In this document: piece after piece, positions 38,569 to 51,136 of the stretch
How positions within the stretch are numbered: the first letter of the stretch is position 1
Layout of the letters: each line of letters starts with the position of its first letter
Assembly (NCBI RefSeq): GCF_001194135.2
Contig: NC_068991.1
Location: 24,493,065-24,557,064, forward strand
Direction of reading: 5' to 3'
DNA length: 64,000 nucleotides
Origin: Octopus bimaculoides
Lineage: Eukaryota
The notes under the pieces: model-generated
Told to the model about the DNA's origin: nothing
What the model saw: only the letters and a program-made list of their open reading frames with translations
The model's database searches: none
Translations under genes and position numbers: made by a program

Positions 38569-39229
38569 CTGAAAAACAAATATCCATTGAGTAAATGCAA
38601 GTATTAACTGTACAGAAAAATTGGAGACAAATAAAATAAGGGATAAAGTAGAGGTTTATAATGCAACAAAAACTAAATATTAAAAATTTATAAATATAAA
38701 GTAAAATTAAAATATAGTAAACTGAGATAAATATGGAATATATATAATTAGATTAAAAGAAAAAATTAAATTGGAAGAAATTTGAAACGCATTAACATTT
38801 TTGATACGAATTTACATGAGATCACACCTGGTTCTAAAATACAAACTTCACCTTTAAGGTGATCTAAATTAATATCTTCCAGCAAAATTCCATGTTAATT
38901 TATGTTCTAAACACCAGCTTAAAAATGACAAAGTTATTTTTCTAAATCTGTCATTATTCTCAAAATTAACTGAAACAAAAGCAGTCTATTTTAACGTAAA
39001 AATGATAACCAAAGGGGCAAACCTTGATCATGAGATATCTCGTAACAAATAAAAATGCAAACTAAATCTTAAGTCTTAAAAAGAATTGGAAAGTGTTAAT
39101 TTTCAGACACATATTACTTGTAAATATTATAATACAGTAATTTATAAAAACCAATACTCAGGAAGAAAACTTAGAAAATGAAAACTGAGGGTACTCAATA
39201 GAAAAACTAAAAAATTTGGTTATACATAC

Positions 39230-39376
39230 ACAATTTCCTTCCCGTTATCAAGAGAGAACGAGGTAGCTGAATGTTGGTATCTTTATCAAACATGGCAGTA
39301 TTTGGTACAATATTGTCATACTTAGGAATTTGGATACCAGTGAAGTTTTGTAAATTGATTACATCAACAGCCAGTA
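39230..39376 (-). CDS. CELSR: CELSR exon: GAIN (VLAVDVINLQNFTGIQIPKYDNIVPNTAMFDKDTNIQLPRSLLITGRKL)
   Basis: ttttag|TA ... TGT|gtatgt; 147 nt, phase 1 to 1; IPKYDN motif. Donor position inferred from phase. Confidence 0.88.
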
Positions 39377-39441
39377 CTAAAATAACAGAAGTAAAATTCC
39401 ATAAATGTGTGTGTGTGTTTATGTCTGTGTGTGTGTGAGTG

Positions 39442-39472
<31 letters not shown>

Positions 39473-40760
39473 TGGTATCAAATGTATTACATATCACCAT
39501 CCTCTTCATTTTATGTCCATCTTCTATGCTGGCAAGGACTGGATAGTTTGACAGGGTCCAATGACTCAAAAGACTGGGTCAAGCTCCAACGTTTGCTTTG
39601 GCATGGTTCCCACAGCTGGATGCCCTTCCTAATGCCAACCACTTCACAGAATGTACTGGGTGCATTTTCTCATGGCACTGCTATCATGTAACTTGCAAAA
39701 CAACAAGAGACTCCTCAGCTGAGTGAAAGTGTTGTAGAGAGAGAAGTGGTTTTATGCCAGGTATTGAGAGGCTAACGCATGATTAGAGGGACAGGAGCAG
39801 GGGTCTTGCTGTAAAGGAGATACACAGCACACCCACATTATATAAAGGTGGGTGCCAGCATAGAAAACGGGCATTTAATGATAATGATGATCATGATCGT
39901 GTGTGTATGTGCGAGCGCGCACACACACACACACACACACATCAATATACATATATCAAATGTATATTCTAGAATCATTTCTTATAACACAGAAAGAAGA
40001 CATGAAATAAAATGATAATTTTCTCTAGTCATTCTAAAATCTGGTACCAACAATTGGACTGCTTTGCTAATGAAGTCTGATACTAGAAAAATATATCGAA
40101 GGTTATAACCTTCCTGCCAAAATTCAGACATACGACATTCTAGTTTTAATCACAGTTACCTCCCTTACTTTTTCAGCCTGGAATTAATGTTAATGCCTAC
40201 TTTACTTACTGCTAAACAATCTTCCTAAAGTCAGCTATGACATTATCTCTTTTAAAGCATGACAATAGTTTTACCATCATTAATGACAATAACTATATCT
40301 TAATATGGCTGAAATTTGCCCAGGTGATTCCATTCCTGCTCAGTTTTCTTCAGTTCTATCAGGATTGATAATCTATCTTGATGGTAGTAGTGGTGGTCAT
40401 GGCAGCAGCAGCAACAACAGAGAATGAGAGAGCCTCAATATGGTCATTTGAATAGCAAAAAATAGCAACCAACACACACTACAGGCTTCTTTTCAGTTTC
40501 TGTCAACCAAATACACTCACAAGACTTTGGTCAGCCTGAAGCTACAGAAGACATGTGCCCAAAGTGCCACTCAATCATACTGAACCATAAACCACAAGGC
40601 TGGGGACAAACTTCTTAACTACACAGCCATGCCAGCATCTATATACAGCTATGCCCAAATGAAGGGGGAAATCAGTAATTAACAGGACCAAGAATCAATA
40701 CTTTTATATTTAATTTAGATCAGAACAAATATATTTTTTTAAAGTTTACATAAAACTTAC

Positions 40761-40941
40761 CAATATTTTCAGAAATAACTTGGAAAGGCCAAGATTGAGA
40801 CAAGGACATGCTTGTTGCAAGAGTATGGAGATAGGTCTCAAAGAGAATAGTCAGTGCCATAGTTCCACCGTTTTTGTTTAGTCGATTCCATTCAGTTCGG
40901 TATTTGCTATTGTATGAGTAACTCAGAGCTGACAACATGTT
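40761..40941 (-). CDS. CELSR: CELSR exon: GAIN (NMLSALSYSYNSKYRTEWNRL...SQSWPFQVISENI)
   Basis: ttgcag|AAC ... TTG|gtaagt; 181 nt, phase 0 to 1. Confidence 0.93.
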
Positions 40942-41171
40942 CTGCAAAGTAGAATTAAATCAAGATAATTACAAAAATCATCAGTATTACAAATTACACA
41001 CCCACCTACTCACCACCACCAACGTTGCTATTACTGTCATTTTCAACAATACAGTATTAAAATATATAAAAGTAATAAATTACTTTTTAAAAAGAATCCC
41101 ATTTATCTAAACATTCTCAATATAATTTTAGAAGAGTTGCTGTTCACATTTATATGGACTACCAATAATAA

Positions 41172-41205
41172 TCTATATATATAAAAATGAGAATGCGTGT
41201 CTGTC

Positions 41206-41240
<35 letters not shown>

Positions 41241-42509
41241 CCCTAAAACTCGAGAACTACGCAACCAATTTCATTCAAATTTTACACATGCCTTACTTAG
41301 GGTTCCAGTTGTGTTTTAGTCAAAAAAAATTATTAACTTCTTGCAGAGTTCGAGCACACGGCAACATAATATCTCCTCCACTATTTAAGTATTACGTGTC
41401 AAAAGTGAAACAAAAACACTCATGTCAAATACTTTCACTTTAAAAATGAAACTATTCCACTAACTGAAACAATCACATTTCGATACTGTAGTGACNNNNN
41501 NNNNNNNNNNNNNNNNNNNNNNNNNNNNNNNNNNNNNNNNNNNNNNNNNNNNNNNNNNNNNNNNNNNNNNNNNNNNNNNNNNNNNNNNNNNNNNNNNNNN
41601 NNNNNNNNNNNNNNNNNNNNNNNNNNNNNNNNNNNNNNNNNNNNNNNNNNNNNNNNNNNNNNNNNNNNNNNNNNNNNNNNNNNNNNNNNNNNNNNNNNNN
41701 NNNNNNNNNNNNNNNNNNNNNNNNNNNNNNNNNNNNNNNNNNNNNNNNNNNNNNNNNNNNNNNNNNNNNNNNNNNNNNNNNNNNNNNNNNNNNNNNNNNN
41801 NNNNNNNNNNNNNNNNNNNNNNNNNNNNNNNNNNNNNNNNNNNNNNNNNNNNNNNNNNNNNNNNNNNNNNNNNNNNNNNNNNNNNNNNNNNNNNNNNNNN
41901 NNNNNNNNNNNNNNNNNNNNNNNNNNNNNNNNNNNNNNNNNNNNNNNNNNNNNNNNNNNNNNNNNNNNNNNNNNNNNNNNNNNNNNNNNNNNNNNNNNNN
42001 NNNNNNNNNNNNNNNNNNNNNNNNNNNNNNNNNNNNNNNNNNNNNNNNNNNNNNNNNNNNNNNNNNNNNNNNNNNNNNNNNNNNNNNNNNNNNNNNNNNN
42101 NNNNNNNNNNNNNNNNNNNNNNNNNNNNNNNNNNNNNNNNNNNNNNNNNNNNNNNNNNNNNNNNNNNNNNNNNNNNNGCCCTGCTTCTCACATGGACAAC
42201 TGTATGTTGGCTGCTCAAGAGTGGGCAGCAACAAAAAACCTATTTGTATATGCTCCACAAGGGAAAACAAGGAACATAGTTTACAATGAGGTGTTATAAT
42301 CACAACAGCAAGAAAGTATGTACATGATCACCTTCTTTTATGAAACTTCATTGACTTTCATATATTTATATTGATATACATATATATACGTGTGTTTGGG
42401 TGCGTGTGTGTATATACATCTCTATATATAAAGATGATGCGTAGTCTAGACGGCGTTTTTAGATTTCATTATTCTCTTTAACCCGGGCAACGCCGGGTAT
42501 TTCTGCTAG
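41172..42509 (+). mobile_element. Helitron (middle in an N-gap) with a helicase C-terminal remnant
   Basis: A|TC 5' end at 41171/41172; PCFSHGQLYVGCSRVG...(frameshift)NLFVYAPQGKTRNIVYNEVL* at 42179-42298; 3' hairpin CCCGG-GCAACG-CCGGG then CTAG|T at 42506-42510. Confidence 0.9.
41496..42177. other. Largest assembly gap; others at 9623-9831, 12253-12378, 29560-29888, 57129-57358, 58353-58362, 61866-62024
   Basis: Runs of N, mostly next to (TA)n or repeats. Confidence 0.99.
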
Positions 42510-42558
42510 TAATAAAAAAAAAATGAAAGAAAAAGTCAAAATAAGCTGCTGTTAATAC

Positions 42559-42768
42559 CTTGATAAATTTACGATCTTGTTCACTTGTCAAACTTAAACC
42601 TTCTTGCTTATTTTCATAAAACAAGATCTGGTTTATGGTCCTTAGAATAATACTGATGTCATTTCCATAGAGGTTTTTTGCTGATGCTGCTGACTCTGCT
42701 AACTGAAGCATCAATGTTTTTGATACATAGGTGTTGATTTTCAGAGAACCTCTTTCAATTTGCTGAAT
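42559..42768 (-). CDS. CELSR: CELSR exon: GAIN subdomain A (IQQIERGSLKINTYVSK...LYGNDISIILRTINQILFYENKQEGLSLTSEQDRKFIK)
   Basis: ctccag|ATT ... AAG|gtatta; 210 nt, phase 0 to 0. Confidence 0.94.
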
Positions 42769-44063
42769 CTGGAGAAAAGAATTAGAAGAAACAAAAGAGT
42801 TTAAATATATTAAAAAATAAAAGCTATGAAGTTCAATTCACAAGATATAAAAGCTTCAGAATTTGATTTCATCCAATAAAGCAGAATTTAATAATTATGA
42901 ATTCAAACCTCATCAGAAGAGGACAGGTAGGTGAAAAAGCCAAAATGAAGTTCCTCCAAAGGATCCCTGAAGTAATGTTACTCAACAGAGTGTATAGCTT
43001 GGAGATCAGGGATTCTTCCCCATATTGGTTTCAAAATTTAGCTCAAGGCCAGCAACTTAGGAGAAGTGAGTAATTTGATTACATTAATCCCAGTACTCAA
43101 CTCAATTTTATCAGCCCCCAAAAGTTGACCTTGGCAGAATTTGAACTCAAAATGTAAACATGAACAAATGCCACTAAGCATTTTGCCCAGTGTGCTTACA
43201 ATTCTGTCAGCTCACTACTTTCCTACTTCTCCATATTGAGAGCATAGCTCTGGTACTACAAGTGATTAAAATGGCAACCAGCAGGAGACCTAAGAGTAGA
43301 CCAAAAACAAGATGGCTAGATAATATCTATAGTCCCAATTGGTCACATTTGGGAATCTAGCCAGAAATTCAAATGACAGTTGCTTTTTATAGGACCCTAT
43401 GGAGGAGATGCATGAGGATTCTACTCCCACAACACCCACTGAATTCAAATCTAATTGAAAGCATTGTGTTGTAACCTTAGATTAGGCACATTAATTTATC
43501 TATCAAAATACAAAATCCCTCATACTTTACAACTGACAAGCATACTGAACAACTAATGTTAAGAAAAACATTGTCATAGAAATATTTGCTCTGATAATTC
43601 ATATTTTAATGATAGAATTTTCAGGACCATTCAACTTTAAAGTCACTGAACCATAAGAATGTTAAATAACAGAATAAAATAATTATCATTTCCTTTATTA
43701 ATTTCTTCAAAAGACTGAGATGACTTTTAACTGGACATTTTGATTCATGTATTACCATCTATTATTGGTTTCAAATAATGGCACAAAACCAGCAATTTTG
43801 GGGGAGGAGGAAGTTGATTACATTAATCCTAGTGTTCAACTGGTACTTACTGATGCCAAAAGGGGTGAAAGACAAAGTTGACCTTGGCAGAATTTCAACT
43901 TTGCCTTCCATCTCTTTCAGGTTCAATAAAATAAGTACCAGTTGACTGTCTAATATTGATTTTTGACATGAAACCAATGGTAGTCTTAACCTATAAATAA
44001 AGTATATAGTTGAAAAAAGATTAGAGATCTATACAAATTAAATTTTTATATATAAAAAAGACG

Positions 44064-44713
44064 GAGGTGGAAATAGCACAGAAGTAAACCTAAGACATTT
44101 CAATTTAATAAAAATGATTTTTAAAATGATATAAAGAAAATATTACCGGTTTCGATGATGAATCTCATCTCATCAAGTATCAATAAAAATTTATAAAAAT
44201 TTGAAGTAAAAACAGTTTATTTTTAGTCTGGGGGTCAAAAACACCTCTGGAGATTTTTCATTGAAGTTTTCTTTAAATATAGTTTGGTATAGAGTTCAGA
44301 GTGTTAGAGAGTAAGAGAGGGGTGTGTAGTTGTCTATTGTTTAAAAGAAATCTTTATGGGTTCCTGCCAAGGGAGTGGCTTAAAAGCACAAATATTTCTT
44401 TTAGACAATAGACAACTACACACCCCTCTCTTACTCTCTAACACTTCAAAGTGTTAGAGGGTAAGAGAGTGTTAGAGAGTAAGAGAGTTAGAGAGTGTTA
44501 GAGAGTATACCAAACTATATTTAAAGAAGACTTCAATGAAAAATCTCCAGACATGTTTTTGACCCCCAGACAGAAGATAAACTGTTTTTACTTCAAATTT
44601 TTATAAATTCATTGAAACCGGTAATCTTTTCTTTATATAATTTTTAAAATCATTTTTATTAAATTCCTTCTTATATTGAAATATCTTAGATTTACTTCTG
44701 TGCTATTTCCACC
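44064..44713. mobile_element. Nested inverted-repeat element, probably the terminus of a Penelope-like element
   Basis: Outer arms ~44067-44290 and ~44506-44713; inner arms ~44300-44351 and ~44393-44445; hammerhead motif in the left outer arm. Confidence 0.75.
44141..44180 (-). ncRNA. Minimal hammerhead ribozyme motif, C3U variant
   Basis: Minus strand reads ATAC-TTGATGA-GATGA(GATTCA)TCATC-GAA-ACCGGT-A-ATATT: 5 bp stem II, palindromic helix III, GUA triplet; stem I imperfect. Confidence 0.7.
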
Positions 44714-45692
44714 TTGAAATCATTCAATTTACTACTTTATATAAATGCGGAGTAGATAAAACAGGGAACAACTGATGAAGGGATTGTTCTTTATGTTACC
44801 TGTCTCATTTCTCTATTTGTTTCTTTTGTTGTCCGAAAAAAAGTTCGTTTTCCATGTTTTTGTTGTTTTTTTGTTTTCATTTTTCATTTTGTTCATGTTT
44901 TTTTGATGTCCTGTACCCATATATGCATGTATATATATACATATATATGTAGGTATGTATGTATATATGCATATATATATTATTTTTATATATATGTATA
45001 TATGTACATATATATAGTATGATGTTTAGTAGCTAGTATTTTATCCCTTTAGAGTGGATAAAAAATATAAGCAAGTTAGTCACATACTAGAATAATTACT
45101 CAAAGCCAGACAATACCTAATATATGAAGTTTAAAGTCAGTGCCATCGGCTGATTTGATTAAAGTTGAGATATGCCATTTATCAGCACCAGAAACAGAAG
45201 CAAAAGCAGCAACAACGGATTGGATAGCAACATTATCGCTAAATCATTGGATTGTTACGATAAGACTACAATTTTGTAATAAAACAGCCAGAGTAAAATT
45301 TATTTGAAATCATTCAATTTACTACTTTATATAAAACAGCTGTAAGACAACTTAATTATAACTGCAAACAGTGAATTAAAACCCAAAACTGTGTTAGATA
45401 ATTAAAACAGGAACAGAACTTTGGAGGTTACTAATTAAAGTTTAAGTTTAGACAGTCAAGAAACCTGAAGTAAATAGTTTGGCCCTACTTTTAAAAAAAA
45501 CCTGTTATAAAGTCAATAATTGCTTTATTATTATTCATATATATATACTTCAGTTCTTTAATTTGTTGAGGCTTCTAACCATACCAGAACTTTAAAAAAA
45601 TTTTTTTGATGATTTCTATTCTATTTCAGATTTTGAATTTTAACACCATTCCTTCTTTATCACATCATATAACATTCATTTCTAATGCATAC

Positions 45693-45787
45693 CTGGTTTT
45701 GTATTTTCACGAATTCTTTGCTGGTGCAATTGAAAAGGTCTGGAGCAAGCCAGCTTTGTAATTTGGTACAGTTGCGTTTAGCATCAC
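45693..45787 (-). CDS. CELSR: CELSR exon: hormone-receptor domain end (GDAKRNCTKLQSWLAPDLFNCTSKEFVKIQNQ)
   Basis: tttcag|GT ... CAG|gtatgc; 95 nt, phase 1 to 0; WxxPDLFNCTS motif. Confidence 0.94.
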
Positions 45788-46707
45788 CTGAAATATAAAG
45801 TTACTCAGAATGTAAATTGCTTGCTCTTTCTGGGGTTTTTTTTTTTTTAACTGATATTCATTGCAAGAGATATTAGTAAGTTAGAAATCAATAAATAAGA
45901 CATATAAACTTGAGCACAGTTATTCTATTGGTTAATGATCTTCATTACTATCATCAACCGATTCTCCAGAGCTTCAATTGGGTGCAACATGCCATGTTCT
46001 TCATAATTCAGTTTATACATGATAGAATGTGCAACGAGGCCCTGAATCATACAAAAAAGTAAGATATCTTATGTGCTTGATCTATAACATAATCATCTAC
46101 ATGAAGAGAATACTTTGGCTACTTGGCAGCCACAACTTGCTTCAGAAACACTCAATCAAAGGAAACAATCTCATAATAATATCAAACATCAACAAATAAA
46201 AATAAAATCAGTTTCTTCATAGATATTTCTTCAGATCTTGATGTTGCTCATAACCGCTAAGTTATGAGAGAATTTCCAGTTCACATGTACTAGAGATGAA
46301 GTTAAGAAATATAAAAGCAACAACTTTTATATTTATGACGAGGAATTTAGTACTTTATAGAGTTAAATCAGTCATAGCTAAAACTGTATAGAAAGTTGTT
46401 TGCAATCATATTGTTGATAGAAAACCATGCATATAGCAAATTGAGATAACATTGCTAAGTTGAAAGTAGATAAATTACATATTTTTCATTCATTTGCTCA
46501 TTCGTTTAATATTCATTTCCCCTGTAGCCTAGATACTCTTCCCATCAACAACCCTTACTGGTCTTTTTAAGAAAGGGTCTTTGAAAATACAAACCAACTG
46601 GTCACAATGTCAGCAAAGAATGTAAACATTGTGGAATGAAACTGTGGAATGTGGACATTTGTGCACATATGCATATGTGCACACACTCGTTCACATACAT
46701 ACATGTT

Positions 46708-46738
<31 letters not shown>

Positions 46739-47225
46739 CTTCCACACAGTTTCTGCCTACCAAATACACTCACAAAGCATTGGTAGTCCTGAAGATATAG
46801 TAGAAACCAAGTGGGACAGAACCTGAAACCACAGAGTTGCAAAGTGAACTTTTTATCCCTCCTTGCTATGCTTGTGTGTGTGTGTGTGTGTGTGAAAACA
46901 AATAGATAGACAGGCAGACAGATAGATAAGGCATGCCTGTGCCTATGTATATATACATATAAACACACACATACACAGAGTATAAAACAAAGTGAAGATA
47001 AATCAAGTATATTTGGTAAAAAAATTAATTATTTGTATAAGAAAGTTAGGTGTATGGAAATGGACATCACAAATTGTATGAATATAAACTTATGTAGGAA
47101 GATGTTATACAAGATATTTTAGTGTACATAAAGTTGAAACTGATTTATAAGTTAGGTGCAATATAAGTCCCATTTGATATGATTCAGGTGTATAAGAAGA
47201 TTAAGCATAAACAATTTATATATAC

Positions 47226-47327
47226 CGATTGCGCCTGTTGGACAATCTTGAACTGCAACTTCATTGATAAAAGTGCGATCCCACCACAAGCCTTTGGCAT
47301 AACTTCTAGGGCACACGTCATAAACAA
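47226..47327 (-). CDS. CELSR: CELSR exon: hormone-receptor domain (VVYDVCPRSYAKGLWWDRTFINEVAVQDCPTGAI)
   Basis: ttgcag|TT ... TCG|gtatat; 102 nt, phase 1 to 1. Confidence 0.94.
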
Positions 47328-47561
47328 CTGCAAGAAACAGATACAAAAATACATTGAGGATTCCAGTAAGGAAACTAGTAGCAAAAGAAAAAAAAATCTA
47401 TCAAAAGAAGTGAGTGGGAGAGAGCCTGTAAGTAATTCTCAGATGAAACACAATACAGTTGAAATGTTTTATCAAAAACCTTTGTTGATTACACTTTGGT
47501 TGGTTTGGGAAAGGGGATTTGTTTCTTTTTTATAAGATAAACATAACATCTAAGGATTTCT

Positions 47562-47790
47562 TTAACCCTTTTGAAACCAACCTGCATGAGACCACCCCTG
47601 GGTCTGTGGTACAAACATCTTGTTTTCAAGAGTCTTGAATTAAAATCTTGCATTAGAACTTAGTGTTAGTTTATGATCTAAACACCAATTAATAATGACA
47701 AAGTTATTTTACTAAATTCTTCATTATTTTCAAAATTAATTGAAATAATGACAGAATATTTCAACAGAAATATGATAACAAAAGGGTTAA
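47562..47790. mobile_element. piggyBac-type MITE (related copies near 8560-8930, 38800-39010, 49010-49250, 59800-59950)
   Basis: TTAA|CCCTTTTG ... CAAAAGGG|TTAA. Confidence 0.85.
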
Positions 47791-48109
47791 TAGGTAGGAA
47801 TTCTCAGTTTTCTGGAAGAGGAAGTCTGTGTTTAAATACTAGCAATATATGTGAAACACTTCCAACTCAGACAAATCTTTGATTATTGGTTTCCCACCTC
47901 ACAATGACACTGCTTAGCCCCAGATTAATCTTGATCAAGCAGACCTCTGGTTAAGGGAATTCTAGCCATGACCATTCAGTCTTATTTTCACACATAATAT
48001 ATCTAAGAGTACATCATTCAATATATCCTTCCTTTTTTAAGACAGAATTCTCATGAGTGGATTCAAAGTATGAGAGTGGGAATTGAGTCAACAGCATAGA
48101 TGCAATGGC

Positions 48110-48720
48110 AAGTGGTGTCCTAGGCTGGTTGGAGGTAAACACATTGTGAAATAGTAAACTATCTGGTACAACTGAATATTAAAGTCAGAGTTATGACCAC
48201 AGAAATGTAGAAGCAAAGGAATTCTGAGTAGGGGATTGTAGATCTGAAGAGAGTAGGCTGGGATGAGGTAAAATCAAGGTAGGAATGAGAATTGTTTTGT
48301 AAAAGAAAGACATAGAGACACTGAGTTAGGCAATAGAAGCGGAGATGTCCAGAAAATTAACTGAAATCATAGAGATGATGGATGTGATATCTTGAGCAGG
48401 GGAGTGAATTGACAAATGTGATGAAAGAGTGGAGTTGTACATGGACAAGGAAGGTAGTGCTGATAAAGTTACTTTTAACAACCATATAGTTCTGGGGTAG
48501 AACCAGCAAACTGCATGAAGATTTGGGTCACATATACAACAAATAGGTTGGCATAGTTGGGAGCCATCCTGGTTCCCATGGCCATCCTAGTAAATTGCTG
48601 GTAGAAATTCTAGTAGACTGGTGAAGCAGTTGAGGTTGAGGGCAGATTCAGTGAAGTGGAATGGTGAGGCAGAGCTTGAGTGTAGGGCTAGAAGACTATC
48701 ATAGTGGATGACAATTTAGA
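48110..48720 (-). mobile_element. Degenerate Penelope-like reverse transcriptase fragment
   Basis: Frameshifted translation includes LNLNCF, GMAMGTRMAPNYANLFV, QIFMQFAGSTPELYG, SVNFLDIS and PYSEF-like segments. Confidence 0.75.
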
Positions 48721-49471
48721 GGGATAGAAAACAATATTATTCAAAGTAGTCTTTCTTTTTCAAGATGATAGAATGTGATTTGAAGGAAATTTGGCTGCTA
48801 TTTCAAGAAGGTCAAACAACTACATAGAAGTCCTTTCACTGGTTTCAAGTAGGTTCTGAAATGCTATAAATAATGGCAGTACTATGGAGTTTGATAAGTG
48901 TATCATTGACTTTTAGTGCTTAGTTCAATTTTATATGCTGGAAAATGTTACATAAAATAGGTTAATTTACTATCCAAGGAGATGTTTATTTCTCACCTGT
49001 TTTAACTGTTTTGATACCAACCTGCCTAAGACAACCCCTAGTTCTATTTTAATGTGTTCATATTTAAATGAAAACTGCCCATTATAATTTTTATGTAAGA
49101 ATCTATGTTTTCAGTTAAGTTCTAAACATCAGCTTAAAAATGAAAATTTTAGTTATTTTACTAGATTATTACAGATACTTGATTATCCTTTAAATTAACT
49201 GAAAGAAAAAGGAAGTATATTGTTAGAAATATGGCCATAAAAGGATTAATGCTACAGAAAGCAAAATAAATAAATAAATAAATAAAATAAACATCAGCTA
49301 TAAGGTTTCTTATAATTTAGGAAGGATTAACTTTTTAGTAATCTGCAGAACACCCCTATTTCTGGTGCTGCTACCACTGCAATTATGATTCTTCTCTCTC
49401 TCTTTATCATTCTTGCAAGACTTAATGATACAGATACAATTAAAAAATAAATAATAAAGAAAGAAACTTAC

Positions 49472-49655
49472 CTCGGCAACCTGATTCATGCACTTCTGCA
49501 AAGGGACTCAGGCAGCTGTCACATCTGCGACCAACCACTCCTTTTTTACAGTTGCACTGACCAGTGACAGGGTTACAAAAAAAACCTTTGGATCCAACAT
49601 GGTAACAATTGCAAGGAAAACATTGGTTTTCGTTTTTTGGTTTATAGTGGTTAGT
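49472..49655 (-). CDS. CELSR: CELSR exon: laminin-EGF (TNHYKPKNENQCFPCNCYHVGSKGFFCNPVTGQCNCKKGVVGRRCDSCLSPFAEVHESGCR)
   Basis: ttacag|ACT ... GAG|gtaagt; 184 nt, phase 0 to 1. Confidence 0.95.
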
Positions 49656-51136
49656 CTGTAATTAAGATAAAATTTTTTTAAATAACTTCATAGTAGAAAA
49701 TTGTGTAACTGCTGCTGTAACACCCAAAAAGTACATAAAATTGGGGTAATAGCAAGACAATTTAATATAAATTTAAAAGCAAAAACGAAGACAGTAAACA
49801 ATATATAGAAGATGACATGTATTGGAATTTTAATTTTTTTTCTTACTAACAATCAGTTCTGGTGAGTTAGACTTATAACACAGGGATATTCAATCAAATA
49901 TCTAGCAGTGTATAAAACTCCATGCATATCATTGGTGATATATGGCACAGTGTGAAAGTCAGAGTGATTTGTATCTATTTAGTCATTCAATGGTTTATGC
50001 ATAATTGAATGATCTGATGGTTGCTTTAGGCTCCATTTCTTGAGACTCTTTGGAAACGTTGGCACGTCTCACATGATTTGGACTAATGGAATTATGTGAG
50101 AAGTATAGCTGAAAGAGTTTTCCAATCCCACAACTGTACATATTCATATATAATATACATGTATGATGTTCATCACTATTTATTAGCCACAAAATCCTAG
50201 AAAAAAGAAGTGTTTAGCCAGATTTATTATAACTGCTGTATAATAAACATTGAAAAGTTTACATATCCTCAAAACTATAAGCAAATTCAAAAGTTATCAT
50301 CAACATCATTGAAATTTATTGGTGTAGGTTGCAAAAGAGTATTTTCTGTAAAGTCAACCTATGACAAGTCAGCAATATGGAAGGGTATAAAAAAAACATA
50401 ATGCGTTACTTCCATTATACACCCCTTTAAATACATTGATCATCAAATACTTTCTATAATTTGATCAAAATGCTTATAGTGATGGCTCATTATAATAATT
50501 ATAGTATTTCAGAAACAGAAGTATTTTTCTTTTTCAGCTTATATTCACATTTTCATAATGACTATACCATTGTATTATGAACTATTTGTTAATTTAAACT
50601 TCAGATTAAATAATTCAAGTAGGATTTTGAATAATATAAGTATTACATTCTGGCCATCCAAACTGAAGGTTGGCAGCATGGAATGCATGTCTGCTAGTTG
50701 TTCCAAGCATATAATATATTATCACAATCATAGAGAAATGTAACATTATTATAGGGATCTTAACTCTTCATTACATATCAGTTGGCTTGGATAATAGGTA
50801 TAACTAACTTACTTTCAGTCATGCCATCATGAATATGTTGATGCACTTCCCTAGTGGAAATGGGTAACAATCAATTCTCTTGTATAATGCTCTTTTCTGA
50901 TATTTAAGTTCTAAAAAATTTATGTATTATACTCAAATAAATATTTTATAAACAAACTTAGACGCACCAAGTGGGTTGGTATTCTACAGAAAATAAAGGA
51001 ATTCTCAAATGGAGATAGGCTGTGACAGCAGCTCTGAAAATTGGGCAAACACCCTTGCTGGCAGTAGCAACAGCAGCAACAGCAACAGCAACAACAACAA
51101 CAACAGAAACAACAGTAACAACTATAAAATACAAAC

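Noticed and set aside
41460-42303. Longest ORFs in the track (252-276 aa); similar ones at 29450-29923 and 56867-57498
   Set aside because: They are open only because of N-runs.
44771-44840. Hammerhead-like CTGATGAAGGG...TCCGAAA
   Set aside because: Stem II is only about 3 bp around a long loop and there is no helix III or UH triplet; too degenerate to call.
45925-46041. Exon-like frame GLVAHSIMYKLNYEEHGMLHPIEALEN after an AG acceptor
   Set aside because: It is open only in phase 0, while the flanking junction is phase 1, where it hits a stop. There is no strong donor and no recognisable motif.
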